A DNA stretch of 64,000 nt, taken from assembly GCA_041192405.1 (NCBI GenBank), contig JBEEMZ010000002.1, positions 1,815 through 65,814 on the forward strand, in the 5' to 3' direction. The position numbers and the translations under genes were made by a program. A model generated the notes under the pieces. That model did no database searches and had not been told where the DNA came from. It saw only the letters and a program-made list of their open reading frames with translations. This document shows positions 39,105-49,283 of the stretch, piece by piece. Position 1 is the stretch's first letter. Every line of letters starts with the position of its first letter. The DNA comes from Bacteroidota bacterium. GTDB taxonomy: Bacteria > Bacteroidota > Bacteroidia > Chitinophagales > Saprospiraceae.

Positions 39105-39200
39105 ACCTTGTGCATTCCATGAAAAACCATCATACCAAAATCGAATTTTAGCCATCATTACTTCTATATCAACGCCTTCTTTATCTGCCAAATCTTGCAA
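39105..39200 (-). pseudogene. possible remnant of an AAA-ATPase-like (PD-(D/E)XK-associated) gene
   Basis: First 32 aa of ORF 38976-39200: (M/L)QDLADKEGVDIEVMMAKIRFWYDGFSWNAQG. The ...WY(D/N)GY.W.. segment resembles an internal region of the 'predicted AAA-ATPase' family common in Bacteroidota (by memory). The reading frame then runs into the cacgaat element. No proper start codon. Confidence 0.3.
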
Positions 39201-39294
39201 ACATATACATGCACCTGTTTGTGATACATAAAATATTGAAAATAAATATTTTACGCTTCACAAACAGGTGTATCACAAACCTAAATTTGCCTTT

Positions 39295-39759
39295 TTATGC
39301 GTTTGCAATATCTAAAATTTGTCGTGCATGATTTTTGGTATCCACTTTTGTAAACACTTGCTCAATAACGCCTTGCTCATCAATCACAAAAGTCGTGCGA
39401 TGCACCCCGTCAAATTCTCGCCCCATAAACTTTTTCGCTCCCCAAACGCCATACGCTTTCATCATTGTTTGGTCAACATCGGGAAAAAGTGGAAACGGAA
39501 ACGCATATTTTTTAATAAATTTATCATGTGATTTCTCAGAATCAGGACTCACGCCCAACATCTGATAGCCATTTTCACTCAATTCGGAATACGCATCGCG
39601 CAAACTACATGCAGCAGCCGTACATCCAGGCGTGTCATCGGCAGGATAAAAAAACAATATGAGTTTTTTTCCTACGTAATTCGATAACTGAATTTTTTTG
39701 CCATCATGCAAGACAGTTTCAAATTCAGGGGCGCGGTCGCCAATTTTTAAAGGTGTCAT
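39295..39759 (-). CDS. bcp: thioredoxin-dependent peroxiredoxin Bcp
   Basis: The internal ATG at 39757-39759 gives MTPLKIGDRAPEFE... (154 aa). Peroxidatic site FFYPADDTPGCT. Confidence 0.88.
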   Translation of the reverse strand: MTPLKIGDRAPEFETVLHDGKKIQLSNYVGKKLILFFYPADDTPGCTAAACSLRDAYSELSENGYQMLGVSPDSEKSHDKFIKKYAFPFPLFPDVDQTMMKAYGVWGAKKFMGREFDGVHRTTFVIDEQGVIEQVFTKVDTKNHARQILDIANA

Positions 39760-39991
39760 ATCATTATCTTGCTGACGCGAGCCAGCGACTAAAAATGAAT
39801 AAATACTTTTTTTAATGCCACTATTCATGCTTTTCACCATTGAGTTAAAAAATATCGTTCATAAATACGCCGTTTTAACATTTATTTAGGTAAATTGTTG
39901 TAGAAATGTTGTGAGAAACCTTATTTTCAGATAAAAATTGCTCTTGAATTAGGAACGAAAGCATCCTTAATTTTTTAAAATGCTTTCGTTC

Positions 39992-42900
39992 CTAATTCGA
40001 ACTCATCAAAACAAATCGTTTTGAATAAGCTCTCCCTTCATGCACAATCGTAGCCGTATAAATCCCAGTTGGCAAATTCATATCGCCCAATTTTAACGAC
40101 CATTCAAGCGGTGTATCTTTCAAAGATTGATGTAAAATAGTGGCTCCTAAATAATTATGTATATAAATTTCTGTATCTGCATGTTCAAATGACTGCAAAT
40201 TCAAATTCAAATCGCCCGAAGTTGGATTTGGATATACAGAAAAATCATTATCTATTTCCAAAGTAGTGCCACGTTGTTTGCGCAACCCTGATGTCGGCGT
40301 ATTCGTAACAGTCGGCGTAACGCAACCCATAATTTGCACTTCTGACATATTTAAATAATTTTTTTGTCTCAACTGTACCCGAACATAACGCCCTTTGTTC
40401 GTAACCGCAATCGTTGTCGGACGCGCCATCCCTGCCGCCTGATAAAAAGCACTAACACCCGATTGGTTCAAAGTTGTATTTAAAGAAGTCGAAACAAATG
40501 GATTTTGTGAAACAAAAACATAGTAATCACTCGGTGTTACCAAAAAAATATCGGTTTTATTCCACAATTTAAGGTCTGTTATATTGTGCTGCACACCCAA
40601 ATCAATTTCCCACCAAGCATTATTATCGCGTGTAGTGCGCGACGGCGTACCCGAAGTATTATTATCAATCGCTCTTGAAGCCGTATAAGCCGTTGTGAAA
40701 TTACTGGATTGACGCGCTGTTTTGCCAATCGCAACATTTGTCGGCGTGTTACAAAACAATGCCCGAATCACATTCACATTAAAAGAACAAGTAGTTTGAT
40801 TGCCACATGCATCCGTTGCCTTATATGTAACGAGCGTCGTACCAACAGGAAACGTAGAGCCAGAAATTAAACCTGTGGTTTGAGCAATTGCCGCCGTGTC
40901 CCCACAAACTTTTTCCATTAGAAAATTGCGCAAACGCGTTGAATTACTCGTTTCCCAACGCGCCGAAGCGCCATTCAAAGAAATAAAATCACGCCGAGCG
41001 AGTTGTCCAGATGTCGGTTCGCCCGTTGCCCAGTTTGCAAAACTTAATGTTGTAGCATCTATCCACTGATAATTGCCGCCTGAAACGGGTGCCGATAAGC
41101 CAACCCAAGCAGTAGCCGCAGAGCCAATCCAATTTTTCAACGCATTATTTTGATTTATATCTGTAATAATCGCCAATTTTCCGCCCACATTCGCACAAGT
41201 CGTTTTTGCAGCCGCCCAAGTACTCGTTCCATTGGAATAATAATACAATTTTTTACCCAATTTTCCAACAAATCGAAAACCTGTAATCGCAGGCGCAGTA
41301 CAAGTTGCCGTACAAGTGGAAGTTGCAGCAGGTTTTGCCCAATTCACGACCCCATTATTCGCGGTACTCGACACTGTAAGATTAATGTTAGCAGGACATG
41401 TAATCGAAATTGCTAATGTGCCGCGACAACTACAATCGGTTTGAACGACATCATTTGTTGTGGCAGCATTGCCATCATCACATGGATCACCAAAATTTTT
41501 ACGAATCGCAGGACAGTTAAAAACAGGCACAATCGTTACTAAAATGCTATCCGATTTGGCAGTACAACCTTGTGCATTCGTAATTTGCACTTGATAATAA
41601 CCTGTATTGGCGGCAACATGATTTTGCCCAACGCTGCCCGCTAATGATATGTTATTAAAAAACCATTGATAACTCGTTGATATTGTTGAAGTTAAAACAT
41701 TATTATTTTTTGTAACAATTGGTTTCGCTAATGCTTGAAAACTTCGAGTCGTGATAACAATGCTATCACAACCAAAACGATTCACTAAGCGCGTTGTAAA
41801 TATACCAGCATTTGCTAAGATGCAAGTCGTTCCAGATAAGCGTGTCGTATCCGATGGATTCAAACTAATTGTTCTAATAACAGTGCTATCACAACCAAAA
41901 CGATTGATTAAGCGCGTTGTAAATATACCAGCATTTGCTAAGATGCAAGTCGTTCCTGATAAGCGTGTCGTATCCGATGGATTCAAACTAATTGTTCTAA
42001 TGACAATACTATCACAACCAAAACGATTGATTAAGCGCGTTGTAAATATACCAGCATTTGCTAAGATGCAAGTTGTCCCTGATAAACGAGTTGTATCCGA
42101 TGAATTAAAACTAATTGTTCTAATGACAATACTATCACAGCCAAAACGATTGATTAAGCGCGTTGTAAATATGCCAGAATTTTCCAATATACAAGTCGTT
42201 CCTGTTAAACGAGTTGTATCCGATGGATTCAAACTAATTGTTCTAATAATAATACTATCACAACCAAAACGATTCACCAAAGGGGTTGTAAAAGTGCCAA
42301 CATTTGCCAATACACAAGTGGTTCCCGTTTGACGGGTCGTATCAGATGGATTAAAACTAATTGTTCTAATCACAAGGCTATCACAGCCAAAACGATTCAC
42401 CAAACGGGTTGTAAAAGTACCAACATTTGCAAGTACACAAGTCGTAGCAGACAAGCGTATGGTGTCAGACGGATTTAAATTAATTGTTTTAATAACAATA
42501 CTATCACAACCAAAACGATTCGTAAAGCGCGTCGTAAATACACCTACCGCGCTCGAAACACAAGTTGTTGCTGTCAAACGAAACGTATCAGGCATTCCAC
42601 AAGGAGCAATCGGCAAAAAAAGTGCAGTCAACGACTGAATACCACCTGCAAAAGTTACTTGAACAGAATCATTCGTTCCCAAACTCGCATTCGACCAACC
42701 CACAAACCGAAATCCAGGTGCCGCAATCGCCTTTACAGGAATCGGAATACCTGAAAAATACTTTCCAACATAAGGTAAGTGATTTTGAGCCAATGTTAAA
42801 GTATTGAATTTCAATGTCCCCGCATTCGCAGGACTCACATTCAAAGTCACCAAAGTTGTATCAGTCAAATCAGGCATCTGCAAACGAAAGTGCGAATATG

Positions 42901-44407
42901 TAAATTCAGCCCGCTTGCTCGCAAAATCAGCTATTTTTTGAATATTACTCAACCATTGTGCTTGAAAAGGCGTTCCCCAACGCACTCGGTGCTTATCAAT
43001 TTCGGGTGCATAAAGATTTTTAAAGCCGTCAATCCTTCCTTGCACGCGGGTAGGCGTGAATGCCGTATTTAAAAAATCTGCCATGCGATTAGCAAATTTT
43101 TGACGAAATTTAGCATTTTGAAAACATCTTTGCAGAATTTCAGCCGTCGAAACTCCTGGAAAAGGTGGGTTTAAAACTCTTTGTAGTGCATTTTGCGTCG
43201 CATCACTTGTATTAAAACCGCCCGATGTCAAAAGTCCAAAAGAAAAATCAAAATCGTAACAAATCCATTTCCACTTCCCATCTACATGGCGTTCTTTGAA
43301 ACGACGAACATTATTAGTAGGCCAGTCAGTATTATCCGCAAACACTTCAAGTAAAATATAATCTGTAAAGTTATCAATATCAATCCTTTGTGTCATCCAA
43401 GCAAAAGCTGAATCCGTGTCAAAACGGCGGCTCGTGCGCCGCATATCTGCAATAAATTGATACCAAGCAATCGAATCGCCTGTAATTTGGTCAAATAAAC
43501 TGCTATCATTTTCAGATAAATCATAATTTGTCAGCGCAGCTGTAGAACTTAAATTAAAATGTTGATCAATATAAGTACTTTTCATACGCTCTCGAATATT
43601 ATGAATACCCCAATATTGCCCATTAAAATAGACCACCGCAGGGCGATATCCTTGCATAAAAGTCGCAGGTTTTTGCAAAATATCCGAAATATCATTAATA
43701 TCTCGAAACAAACCCGATACCATCGCGTCCCGAAACATAGTAATGCCCCACTCATTTCCCGAATTCCGCAACACAAAACGTTTATAATCATTGTAAGGCA
43801 AATCAGGAAACAATTTGTATGGAATTGTTGGTGTACCCAGAGCAGGTTTTGACTTAATTTCCAATGATTTTTGTGGCAACCCAGCACTTGTTGACCCTGT
43901 AATCTCCGTCCCAACCAATTTTGAAAAAGAAGCCGTATCAACATTCGGTTCAAAAAATTCAATATTGGCAATCACTTCCCGCTTTTGCAAATATTGCACA
44001 TACATACCTGTATCGGGATTAAAATACGCCGAATTCCGAAAACTCAAAGCGACAATTGGAAATGTATGACTCACATTAAACAAATAAGTATGCGTAACTA
44101 TTTGAGAAGGAGTCAGTGGCGCAACTCCAAACGCTTTTGCACGCAAAGGCGTAGAGGCATTGAGTTGAATGGGAATCGTGAAAATATCTGAAGTATCCGT
44201 CGGTTCAGAGCCGTCAAGCGTGAATCGAATGACAGCATTGGGAGTTGCCGAAGTTAACGAAATACGAATCGGCGTGGTAAATCGTCCGCCTTTAATGGAT
44301 GCAACAGGCGGTTGCGTCACCTGCGCATGCGTGACAAGTTGCCCCAAAAGCAACGCCACAAGCGCGACGAAATGCGTAACAAATGGTGTACGACGTTTCA
44401 TCATCAT
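39992..44407 (-). CDS. giant multidomain T9SS cargo protein: CotH kinase-like + 7 Cys repeats + C-type lectin + HYR + F5/8 type C (discoidin) + T9SS sorting domain
   Basis: 1471-aa ORF with a signal peptide. FTLDGSEPT (chitobiase C-like) module. CotH-like FVLRNSGNEWG..FRD and YFNGQYWGIHNIRER. Seven 41-aa TTC..GCDS repeats. Lectin-like WAAAKTTCANVGGKLAII...WVGLS...WIDATTLSFANWATGEP. HYR-like TFPVGTTLVTYKATDACGN. Discoidin-like AIDNNTSG...WWEIDLG...RYVRVQL. C-terminal VYPNPTSGDLNLNL...GIYTATI sorting domain. Confidence 0.8.
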   Translation of the reverse strand: MMMKRRTPFVTHFVALVALLLGQLVTHAQVTQPPVASIKGGRFTTPIRISLTSATPNAVIRFTLDGSEPTDTSDIFTIPIQLNASTPLRAKAFGVAPLTPSQIVTHTYLFNVSHTFPIVALSFRNSAYFNPDTGMYVQYLQKREVIANIEFFEPNVDTASFSKLVGTEITGSTSAGLPQKSLEIKSKPALGTPTIPYKLFPDLPYNDYKRFVLRNSGNEWGITMFRDAMVSGLFRDINDISDILQKPATFMQGYRPAVVYFNGQYWGIHNIRERMKSTYIDQHFNLSSTAALTNYDLSENDSSLFDQITGDSIAWYQFIADMRRTSRRFDTDSAFAWMTQRIDIDNFTDYILLEVFADNTDWPTNNVRRFKERHVDGKWKWICYDFDFSFGLLTSGGFNTSDATQNALQRVLNPPFPGVSTAEILQRCFQNAKFRQKFANRMADFLNTAFTPTRVQGRIDGFKNLYAPEIDKHRVRWGTPFQAQWLSNIQKIADFASKRAEFTYSHFRLQMPDLTDTTLVTLNVSPANAGTLKFNTLTLAQNHLPYVGKYFSGIPIPVKAIAAPGFRFVGWSNASLGTNDSVQVTFAGGIQSLTALFLPIAPCGMPDTFRLTATTCVSSAVGVFTTRFTNRFGCDSIVIKTINLNPSDTIRLSATTCVLANVGTFTTRLVNRFGCDSLVIRTISFNPSDTTRQTGTTCVLANVGTFTTPLVNRFGCDSIIIRTISLNPSDTTRLTGTTCILENSGIFTTRLINRFGCDSIVIRTISFNSSDTTRLSGTTCILANAGIFTTRLINRFGCDSIVIRTISLNPSDTTRLSGTTCILANAGIFTTRLINRFGCDSTVIRTISLNPSDTTRLSGTTCILANAGIFTTRLVNRFGCDSIVITTRSFQALAKPIVTKNNNVLTSTISTSYQWFFNNISLAGSVGQNHVAANTGYYQVQITNAQGCTAKSDSILVTIVPVFNCPAIRKNFGDPCDDGNAATTNDVVQTDCSCRGTLAISITCPANINLTVSSTANNGVVNWAKPAATSTCTATCTAPAITGFRFVGKLGKKLYYYSNGTSTWAAAKTTCANVGGKLAIITDINQNNALKNWIGSAATAWVGLSAPVSGGNYQWIDATTLSFANWATGEPTSGQLARRDFISLNGASARWETSNSTRLRNFLMEKVCGDTAAIAQTTGLISGSTFPVGTTLVTYKATDACGNQTTCSFNVNVIRALFCNTPTNVAIGKTARQSSNFTTAYTASRAIDNNTSGTPSRTTRDNNAWWEIDLGVQHNITDLKLWNKTDIFLVTPSDYYVFVSQNPFVSTSLNTTLNQSGVSAFYQAAGMARPTTIAVTNKGRYVRVQLRQKNYLNMSEVQIMGCVTPTVTNTPTSGLRKQRGTTLEIDNDFSVYPNPTSGDLNLNLQSFEHADTEIYIHNYLGATILHQSLKDTPLEWSLKLGDMNLPTGIYTATIVHEGRAYSKRFVLMSSN
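41745..42589. repeat. tandem coding repeat, 7 units of 123 bp (41 aa)
   Basis: The period was measured directly (gctatcacaaccaaaacgatt at 41762 and 41885). Protein units are TTC(V/I)LAN(V/A)G(T/I)FTTRL(V/I)NRFGCDS(I/L/T)VIRTIS(L/F)NPSDTTRL(S/T)G. The three C-proximal units are nearly identical. Confidence 0.9.
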
Positions 44408-44636
44408 GTTTGTTATGATGTTTGTTGAATGAGTAGGGATTACATCAAGATTTTACGTTAAACATTGATAAACATGTAGTTACATAGTATTTTTTTTAAA
44501 ATAAAAAATATTCATCAATGCCTTTTAACGAAAAAATCCATTATCGGGAGGGATTTATTGGTCAAAGGTAGTAGGTGTATTAGTCAAAATCAAATTTCTC
44601 AAATATTTTAAATTAAAATACATCAAATAGGGTAGC

Positions 44637-44690
44637 CACGAATTTCACAAATTTTCACCAATTATTTGTGAAAATTCGGGAAATTCGTGA
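44637..44690. repeat. 'cacgaat' family element, copy 5
   Basis: cacgaatttcacaaattttcaccaattatttgtgaaaattcgggaaattcgtga (imperfect palindrome). Confidence 0.75.
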
Positions 44691-44704
44691 TAAAAACAAT
44701 TTAT

Positions 44705-46954
44705 TTATTTTTTGGTTATATAACAATTTTCAAAAGTATCAAAACAGGTACTTTCAAGTAATTTAAAATTTTTGTCCAAAACGACAAAGTTAATGCCGCG
44801 TTTGTTTTTAGCTTCTTGTTTTTCGCCGACTTGTATATTGGCAATATTTCCAGACAATGCACCTGCCGATTCCATTTGAATATCTAACAAAAAGTTCAAT
44901 GATTGTAACTTTTCACCTTGCTTAAAATGGTGTTTTAATAAGTTTGTATTATCTATTTCTTCAAAAATCAATCGGTTTTGGTGAAATATTGCCAAATACG
45001 AACCACGGAAACCTAATTTTTGAATATTAGAACCCATTTTACCCAAATATTGTTTTGCTTCATCGCATAAATTTTTCGTTCCCTCATCTCGAATCGCTGC
45101 CAAAACAGTATTATTTACATTTCTATTCAAAAAATCTTGTATTGATTCCGTTTCTATACGAAAAGGCTTAATTTCAGCATGTTGCGCCATTTTACTTAAT
45201 AAATCTTTTCGCTGCGTTGGCACTATCACAATGTAATTATCCAACAAAAAAAAGGTTCCTTTTCCACTTTTTTGCAATTTTTCTACATACGGTTGAAATT
45301 GTAAACCTGTGATAATCAATGACTTATCATTACCTTCCCACGCCCCTTTCGATAAACTTTCATTCAAACGATTTGAATATGCCTCTGTCGAATCCTTCAC
45401 CACACGAGCCAAATAACCTGTTGTTATCGCCTTATGTTGCTCCACTGCGAGCATCGAAAAATGAACATAATCTAAATAATGTTGATACGACCAGCCGTAA
45501 GGCGGATACAGAACTAATCTATCTATATTTTGTATGATGTCTGACCAAACCGCTTTCTGAATCGGGGGATTGTAAGTCTCAGCAAGATTTTCGCGTTTCA
45601 ATAATGGACTTAAATCGTAGATTTGCAATATCAATAAAATGGTTAAAATCTCCATTTTAAACGCTGAAAAAAAGTGCTTTTTGCTTATAAACCAATGTAG
45701 TACAAGTAAAATAATTAAATAATAAGATACCCAAATAAATCGTCCCGATGAACGAAAAGAGTCACATATAAATCCTAAAAAAGTTTGAGGAAAGATTTTA
45801 AGATTCCAAATTTCGGTTTTCCCCAAAAAACCAATATTGCTAAATGCAAATATTGCAAATAAACAGGCAACAATCACTAAATAAGCATTTGTGAGTACAC
45901 GCCTTGTTTTTGCGCGTTTTTGTAAAAAAAGTAAAAAAATATAAAGCAACGGGTGCGCAAATTTAGGCACGATTCGCCCTAAATTTAAAAAACGTAGCCA
46001 CTCAAAATTATTATAAATTTTTAAATTTAAATATTTAAATAATTGACTTACAGTTGTTAAGGTAATTAAAATCAATGCACCAATGCCTAAATACGCTGCG
46101 CCTTCATACTGCCCCTCTCCTCTCGGCAAGCCTTTTAACAATCTTCCCATATCGGTCGCATTCCAAAAAACATTCAAGTTTGCGGAATAATGCCCAAATC
46201 CAGAACCTCTCACAGAATCGGTCGGCACAATAAAATTTCCAATCACATACCAAATTATAACTGCTAACAATATATTTGCAAAATTCCAAGCCAACATTTG
46301 CCACCATCTTATATATGTGTATAGCGCATGTAAGGAAACGGCGAACATCAATCCAAAAACCATTAGTAATAAATATTGGTGTATCAAGGCGGTGGTAGCA
46401 ACAATATATAATGATTGTTTGAATTTATAAAAAATGGGTAAATCAACATAGTATATCCAAAATGACCACAAAATCAGCCATTGCGTACAAAGATTTATAT
46501 GCCCAGAACGATATAATAATGCTGAACTCATCAACAAAAAAATAGAGCTTATAAATAATTCCCTAAAACCGTTGAAACCAACTGCTTTCAACAATTTGAT
46601 TGAAAAATAGCCTTGCAAAAGATAGCACGACAGTAACCACCATCCAAAATATTGAAAATGAACAGGTAATATATTTGAAATAAATTTAAATGGTATTGCT
46701 AACAATGGTATTGCGCCCGTCAAGCCGATGCCTGTGACGGTTGGATATTGGTATCCTTCGATGCGTCCGATTGGAAAGGAAAAAGGGGTTGCGCGATAGT
46801 ATTCCCATGATAAAAATTCGGTTGGCGTGTCCAAACTCAACGTCATTAACCATGCATAATTGGTGACGTTTAAAACATGGAAGCCAAATTTGAACCAGAA
46901 AAACAGGGTAGCAACCGATAAAACGGCTATATAGAGGGGCAGCTGGTTTTTCAC
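44705..46954 (-). CDS. large polytopic membrane protein (DUF6311-like by memory; possible membrane glycosyltransferase-like)
   Basis: 749-aa ORF with a GTG start. About 12 TM segments are followed by a ~300-aa soluble C-domain. N-terminal ...W..L..D......L.WEYYR..P..FP.G.......P motif. Confidence 0.6.
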   Translation of the reverse strand: MKNQLPLYIAVLSVATLFFWFKFGFHVLNVTNYAWLMTLSLDTPTEFLSWEYYRATPFSFPIGRIEGYQYPTVTGIGLTGAIPLLAIPFKFISNILPVHFQYFGWWLLSCYLLQGYFSIKLLKAVGFNGFRELFISSIFLLMSSALLYRSGHINLCTQWLILWSFWIYYVDLPIFYKFKQSLYIVATTALIHQYLLLMVFGLMFAVSLHALYTYIRWWQMLAWNFANILLAVIIWYVIGNFIVPTDSVRGSGFGHYSANLNVFWNATDMGRLLKGLPRGEGQYEGAAYLGIGALILITLTTVSQLFKYLNLKIYNNFEWLRFLNLGRIVPKFAHPLLYIFLLFLQKRAKTRRVLTNAYLVIVACLFAIFAFSNIGFLGKTEIWNLKIFPQTFLGFICDSFRSSGRFIWVSYYLIILLVLHWFISKKHFFSAFKMEILTILLILQIYDLSPLLKRENLAETYNPPIQKAVWSDIIQNIDRLVLYPPYGWSYQHYLDYVHFSMLAVEQHKAITTGYLARVVKDSTEAYSNRLNESLSKGAWEGNDKSLIITGLQFQPYVEKLQKSGKGTFFLLDNYIVIVPTQRKDLLSKMAQHAEIKPFRIETESIQDFLNRNVNNTVLAAIRDEGTKNLCDEAKQYLGKMGSNIQKLGFRGSYLAIFHQNRLIFEEIDNTNLLKHHFKQGEKLQSLNFLLDIQMESAGALSGNIANIQVGEKQEAKNKRGINFVVLDKNFKLLESTCFDTFENCYITKK

Positions 46955-46980
46955 GTTTATAAAAAAATAATTTAATTTAA

Positions 46981-47011
46981 AAATGCGTCAATTTCAACAA
47001 TTGACGCATTT
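46981..47011. terminator. hairpin downstream of miaB (gtcaatt..aattgac type)
   Basis: aaatgcgtcaatt tcaac aattgacgcattt: perfect 13-bp arms. Confidence 0.6.
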
Positions 47012-47019
47012 GAAATATT

Positions 47020-48480
47020 TTATATTAAAGAACCTATTAATGTTGCGCTCGTTACATCATGCACTTTTACCATCACGTAATCACCTTGTTTTAAACCTTC
47101 TTTTTTAGGAAAAACAATCATTTTGTTTTGGGTATTACGCGCTTTGAAATCTTTATCGCTCTTTTTACTATCACCTTCAATCAATACTTTAAATATTTTA
47201 CCAATATCTTTCTTATTGTGTTGCAATGAAATATGATTTTGAAGCCGCACAATTTCATTCAACCGACGCTTTTTAATATCTTCTGGAATATCATCTTTAT
47301 ACTTCTTCGCAGCCAATGTTCCTGGTCGCTCAGAGTAAAAAAACATATATGACATTGAATATTGTGCAAATTCCATAATAGAAAGCGTTTCTGCATGTTC
47401 TTCCTCTGTTTCGGTGCAAAAACCTGTAATCATATCACTCGAAATCGCACAATCAGGCATAATTTCATAAATGCGCTGCACTTTATTCATATACCAATCT
47501 CTGTTATAGGTGCGATTCATCAATTTCAAAATCCGACTATTACCACTTTGCACAGGCAAATGAATGTATTTGCAAATATTTTCATATTTTGCCATTGTAA
47601 ACAGCACTTCATCTGTAATATCTTTTGGATGTGAGGTCGAAAAACGAACCCGTAAATCTGGATTTATCTGCGCAACTTGCTCTAAAAGTTGGTCAAATGT
47701 TACAATTTGTTTCGATTCTGGATTTTCCCACTTGTAACTATCCACATTTTGACCCAATAAAGTAACTTCTCGGTAGCCTTTTTCAAACAATTCTTTTGCC
47801 TCCGCAACAATGCTAAACAGATCACGGCTGCGCTCGCGCCCACGCGTAAACGGAACTACACAAAATGAACACATATTATCACAACCCCTCATAATACTGA
47901 TAAACGCTGTCACGCCATTCGTGTCCAAACGCACAGGATTGATGTCGGCATACGTTTCCTCGCGGCTCAAAAAGACGTTTACACCCTTTTCGCCATCCTC
48001 TGCACCTGCAATCAGATTTGGTAAATCCCTATATGAATCGGGTCCAACGACCATATCCACCAATTTTTCCTCTTCCAAAAACTTGGATTTCAAACGCTCC
48101 GCCATGCAGCCCAAGACACCAACTAACATGCCTTGACGTTGTTTTTTGTACGATTCAAAGATTTTGAGGCGTTTTCGGACGGTATCTTCCGCCTTTTCGC
48201 GGATAGAACACGTATTTATGAGTATCAAATCGGCAATTTCAGGGTTGCGCGTCGGGCGAAAACCGTTGTCACCTAAGATAGATGCAACAATTTCCGAATC
48301 ACTGAAATTCATTTGGCAACCATAGCTTTCTATATAAAACTTTTTGCCATCGTTTCCTTCGGTTTCCTTAAACAAAACTTCACCTTGACGACTTTCATCC
48401 ATCGTCTTTTTCACGCCAAGCAGGGTAGGATTGTCATTGTACAACATTTCCGAATGTTTGATATATTTAAAAAAAATCAT
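47020..48480 (-). CDS. miaB: tRNA (N6-isopentenyl-A37-C2)-methylthiotransferase MiaB
   Basis: [11 protein letters not shown] (UPF0004 domain), radical-SAM [11 protein letters not shown], and a C-terminal TRAM-like domain. The true start may be the internal ATG near 48402 (MDESRQ...). Confidence 0.9.
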   Translation of the reverse strand: MIFFKYIKHSEMLYNDNPTLLGVKKTMDESRQGEVLFKETEGNDGKKFYIESYGCQMNFSDSEIVASILGDNGFRPTRNPEIADLILINTCSIREKAEDTVRKRLKIFESYKKQRQGMLVGVLGCMAERLKSKFLEEEKLVDMVVGPDSYRDLPNLIAGAEDGEKGVNVFLSREETYADINPVRLDTNGVTAFISIMRGCDNMCSFCVVPFTRGRERSRDLFSIVAEAKELFEKGYREVTLLGQNVDSYKWENPESKQIVTFDQLLEQVAQINPDLRVRFSTSHPKDITDEVLFTMAKYENICKYIHLPVQSGNSRILKLMNRTYNRDWYMNKVQRIYEIMPDCAISSDMITGFCTETEEEHAETLSIMEFAQYSMSYMFFYSERPGTLAAKKYKDDIPEDIKKRRLNEIVRLQNHISLQHNKKDIGKIFKVLIEGDSKKSDKDFKARNTQNKMIVFPKKEGLKQGDYVMVKVHDVTSATLIGSLI

Positions 48481-48785
48481 GCAAATACTGAGGAATTCGT
48501 TTTTTCAAACAGAATAAACTCTTAGCAACGTTAACTTAAAACAATTAATATTAAAAAACGCGTCCATTTTTTCAAACAATTCATTATTGAATCAAGCGCG
48601 TTAACTTTTTTGCAAAGATATAACTTTTTGAAAAGATTGTTTCCATTTTTATAACAAACCGATGCATTCTCTTTATCTTTGTTGTCGAATAAAATAATAT
48701 CGTATATTTTATTGATTGACAGCGAAAAGCAATTAATTTGTTTTTTTTAAAACTTCATGTTTTTGTACATCATAAAATTAGAAAA

Positions 48786-49259
48786 ATGTTTGATAAATTA
48801 AAATCTTTTAAAAATCCAATAGCTGATGCTCAAGGTAATGCTGCTGATTTGCAACAAAAAAGTGCGGATTTTAAAGAAAAATTGTTGAATTTAGGCAAAG
48901 GTGCAATCGTAATCGTCGTTGGAAGCATCTTAATTTCCTTTGTTTCGGGCAGTTGGTGGGCATTTGTGCCTATTTGTGTGCTGGTCGGCGCAGTCATTGG
49001 ACAGACTCCCGCGCAAAGTTACGCATACGGAATGGCAGCAATTACATTACTTTGGGGCATTTATGCAGGCTTTTTGAGTAATGCAAATGGGGGCATTATG
49101 GTTGGAAAAATTAGTGAATTATTAGGGGGAAAAGTTTCTGGAGCGCAACTTATACAAGTAACTGCATTGTTAGGTGGCATTTTGGGCGGTTTTTCGACGA
49201 TGTTGGGCGCGACCGCACGAGATTTGATGCGCAAAGACAATAATTTGCAACAAGTTTGA
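48786..49259 (+). CDS. hypothetical membrane protein
   Basis: The internal ATG at 48786 (MFDKLKSFKNP...) gives 157 aa with 3-4 Gly-rich TM segments. A TAtcTTTG box lies near 48675. Confidence 0.5.
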   Translation: MFDKLKSFKNPIADAQGNAADLQQKSADFKEKLLNLGKGAIVIVVGSILISFVSGSWWAFVPICVLVGAVIGQTPAQSYAYGMAAITLLWGIYAGFLSNANGGIMVGKISELLGGKVSGAQLIQVTALLGGILGGFSTMLGATARDLMRKDNNLQQV

Positions 49260-49283
49260 GTTCCATAGAAAAATCAAAAAACA

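Noticed and set aside
41751-42332. 193-aa plus-strand ORF with its own internal repeats
   Set aside because: It lies antisense to the 123-bp tandem array of the 1471-aa gene. The frame stays open only because the repeat unit lacks stops on that strand. The long minus-strand ORF has recognisable domains on both sides.
41745-42589. Regularly spaced repeats considered as a possible CRISPR array
   Set aside because: The units are contiguous 123-bp copies with no unique spacers, they are in frame within a long ORF, and no cas genes are nearby.
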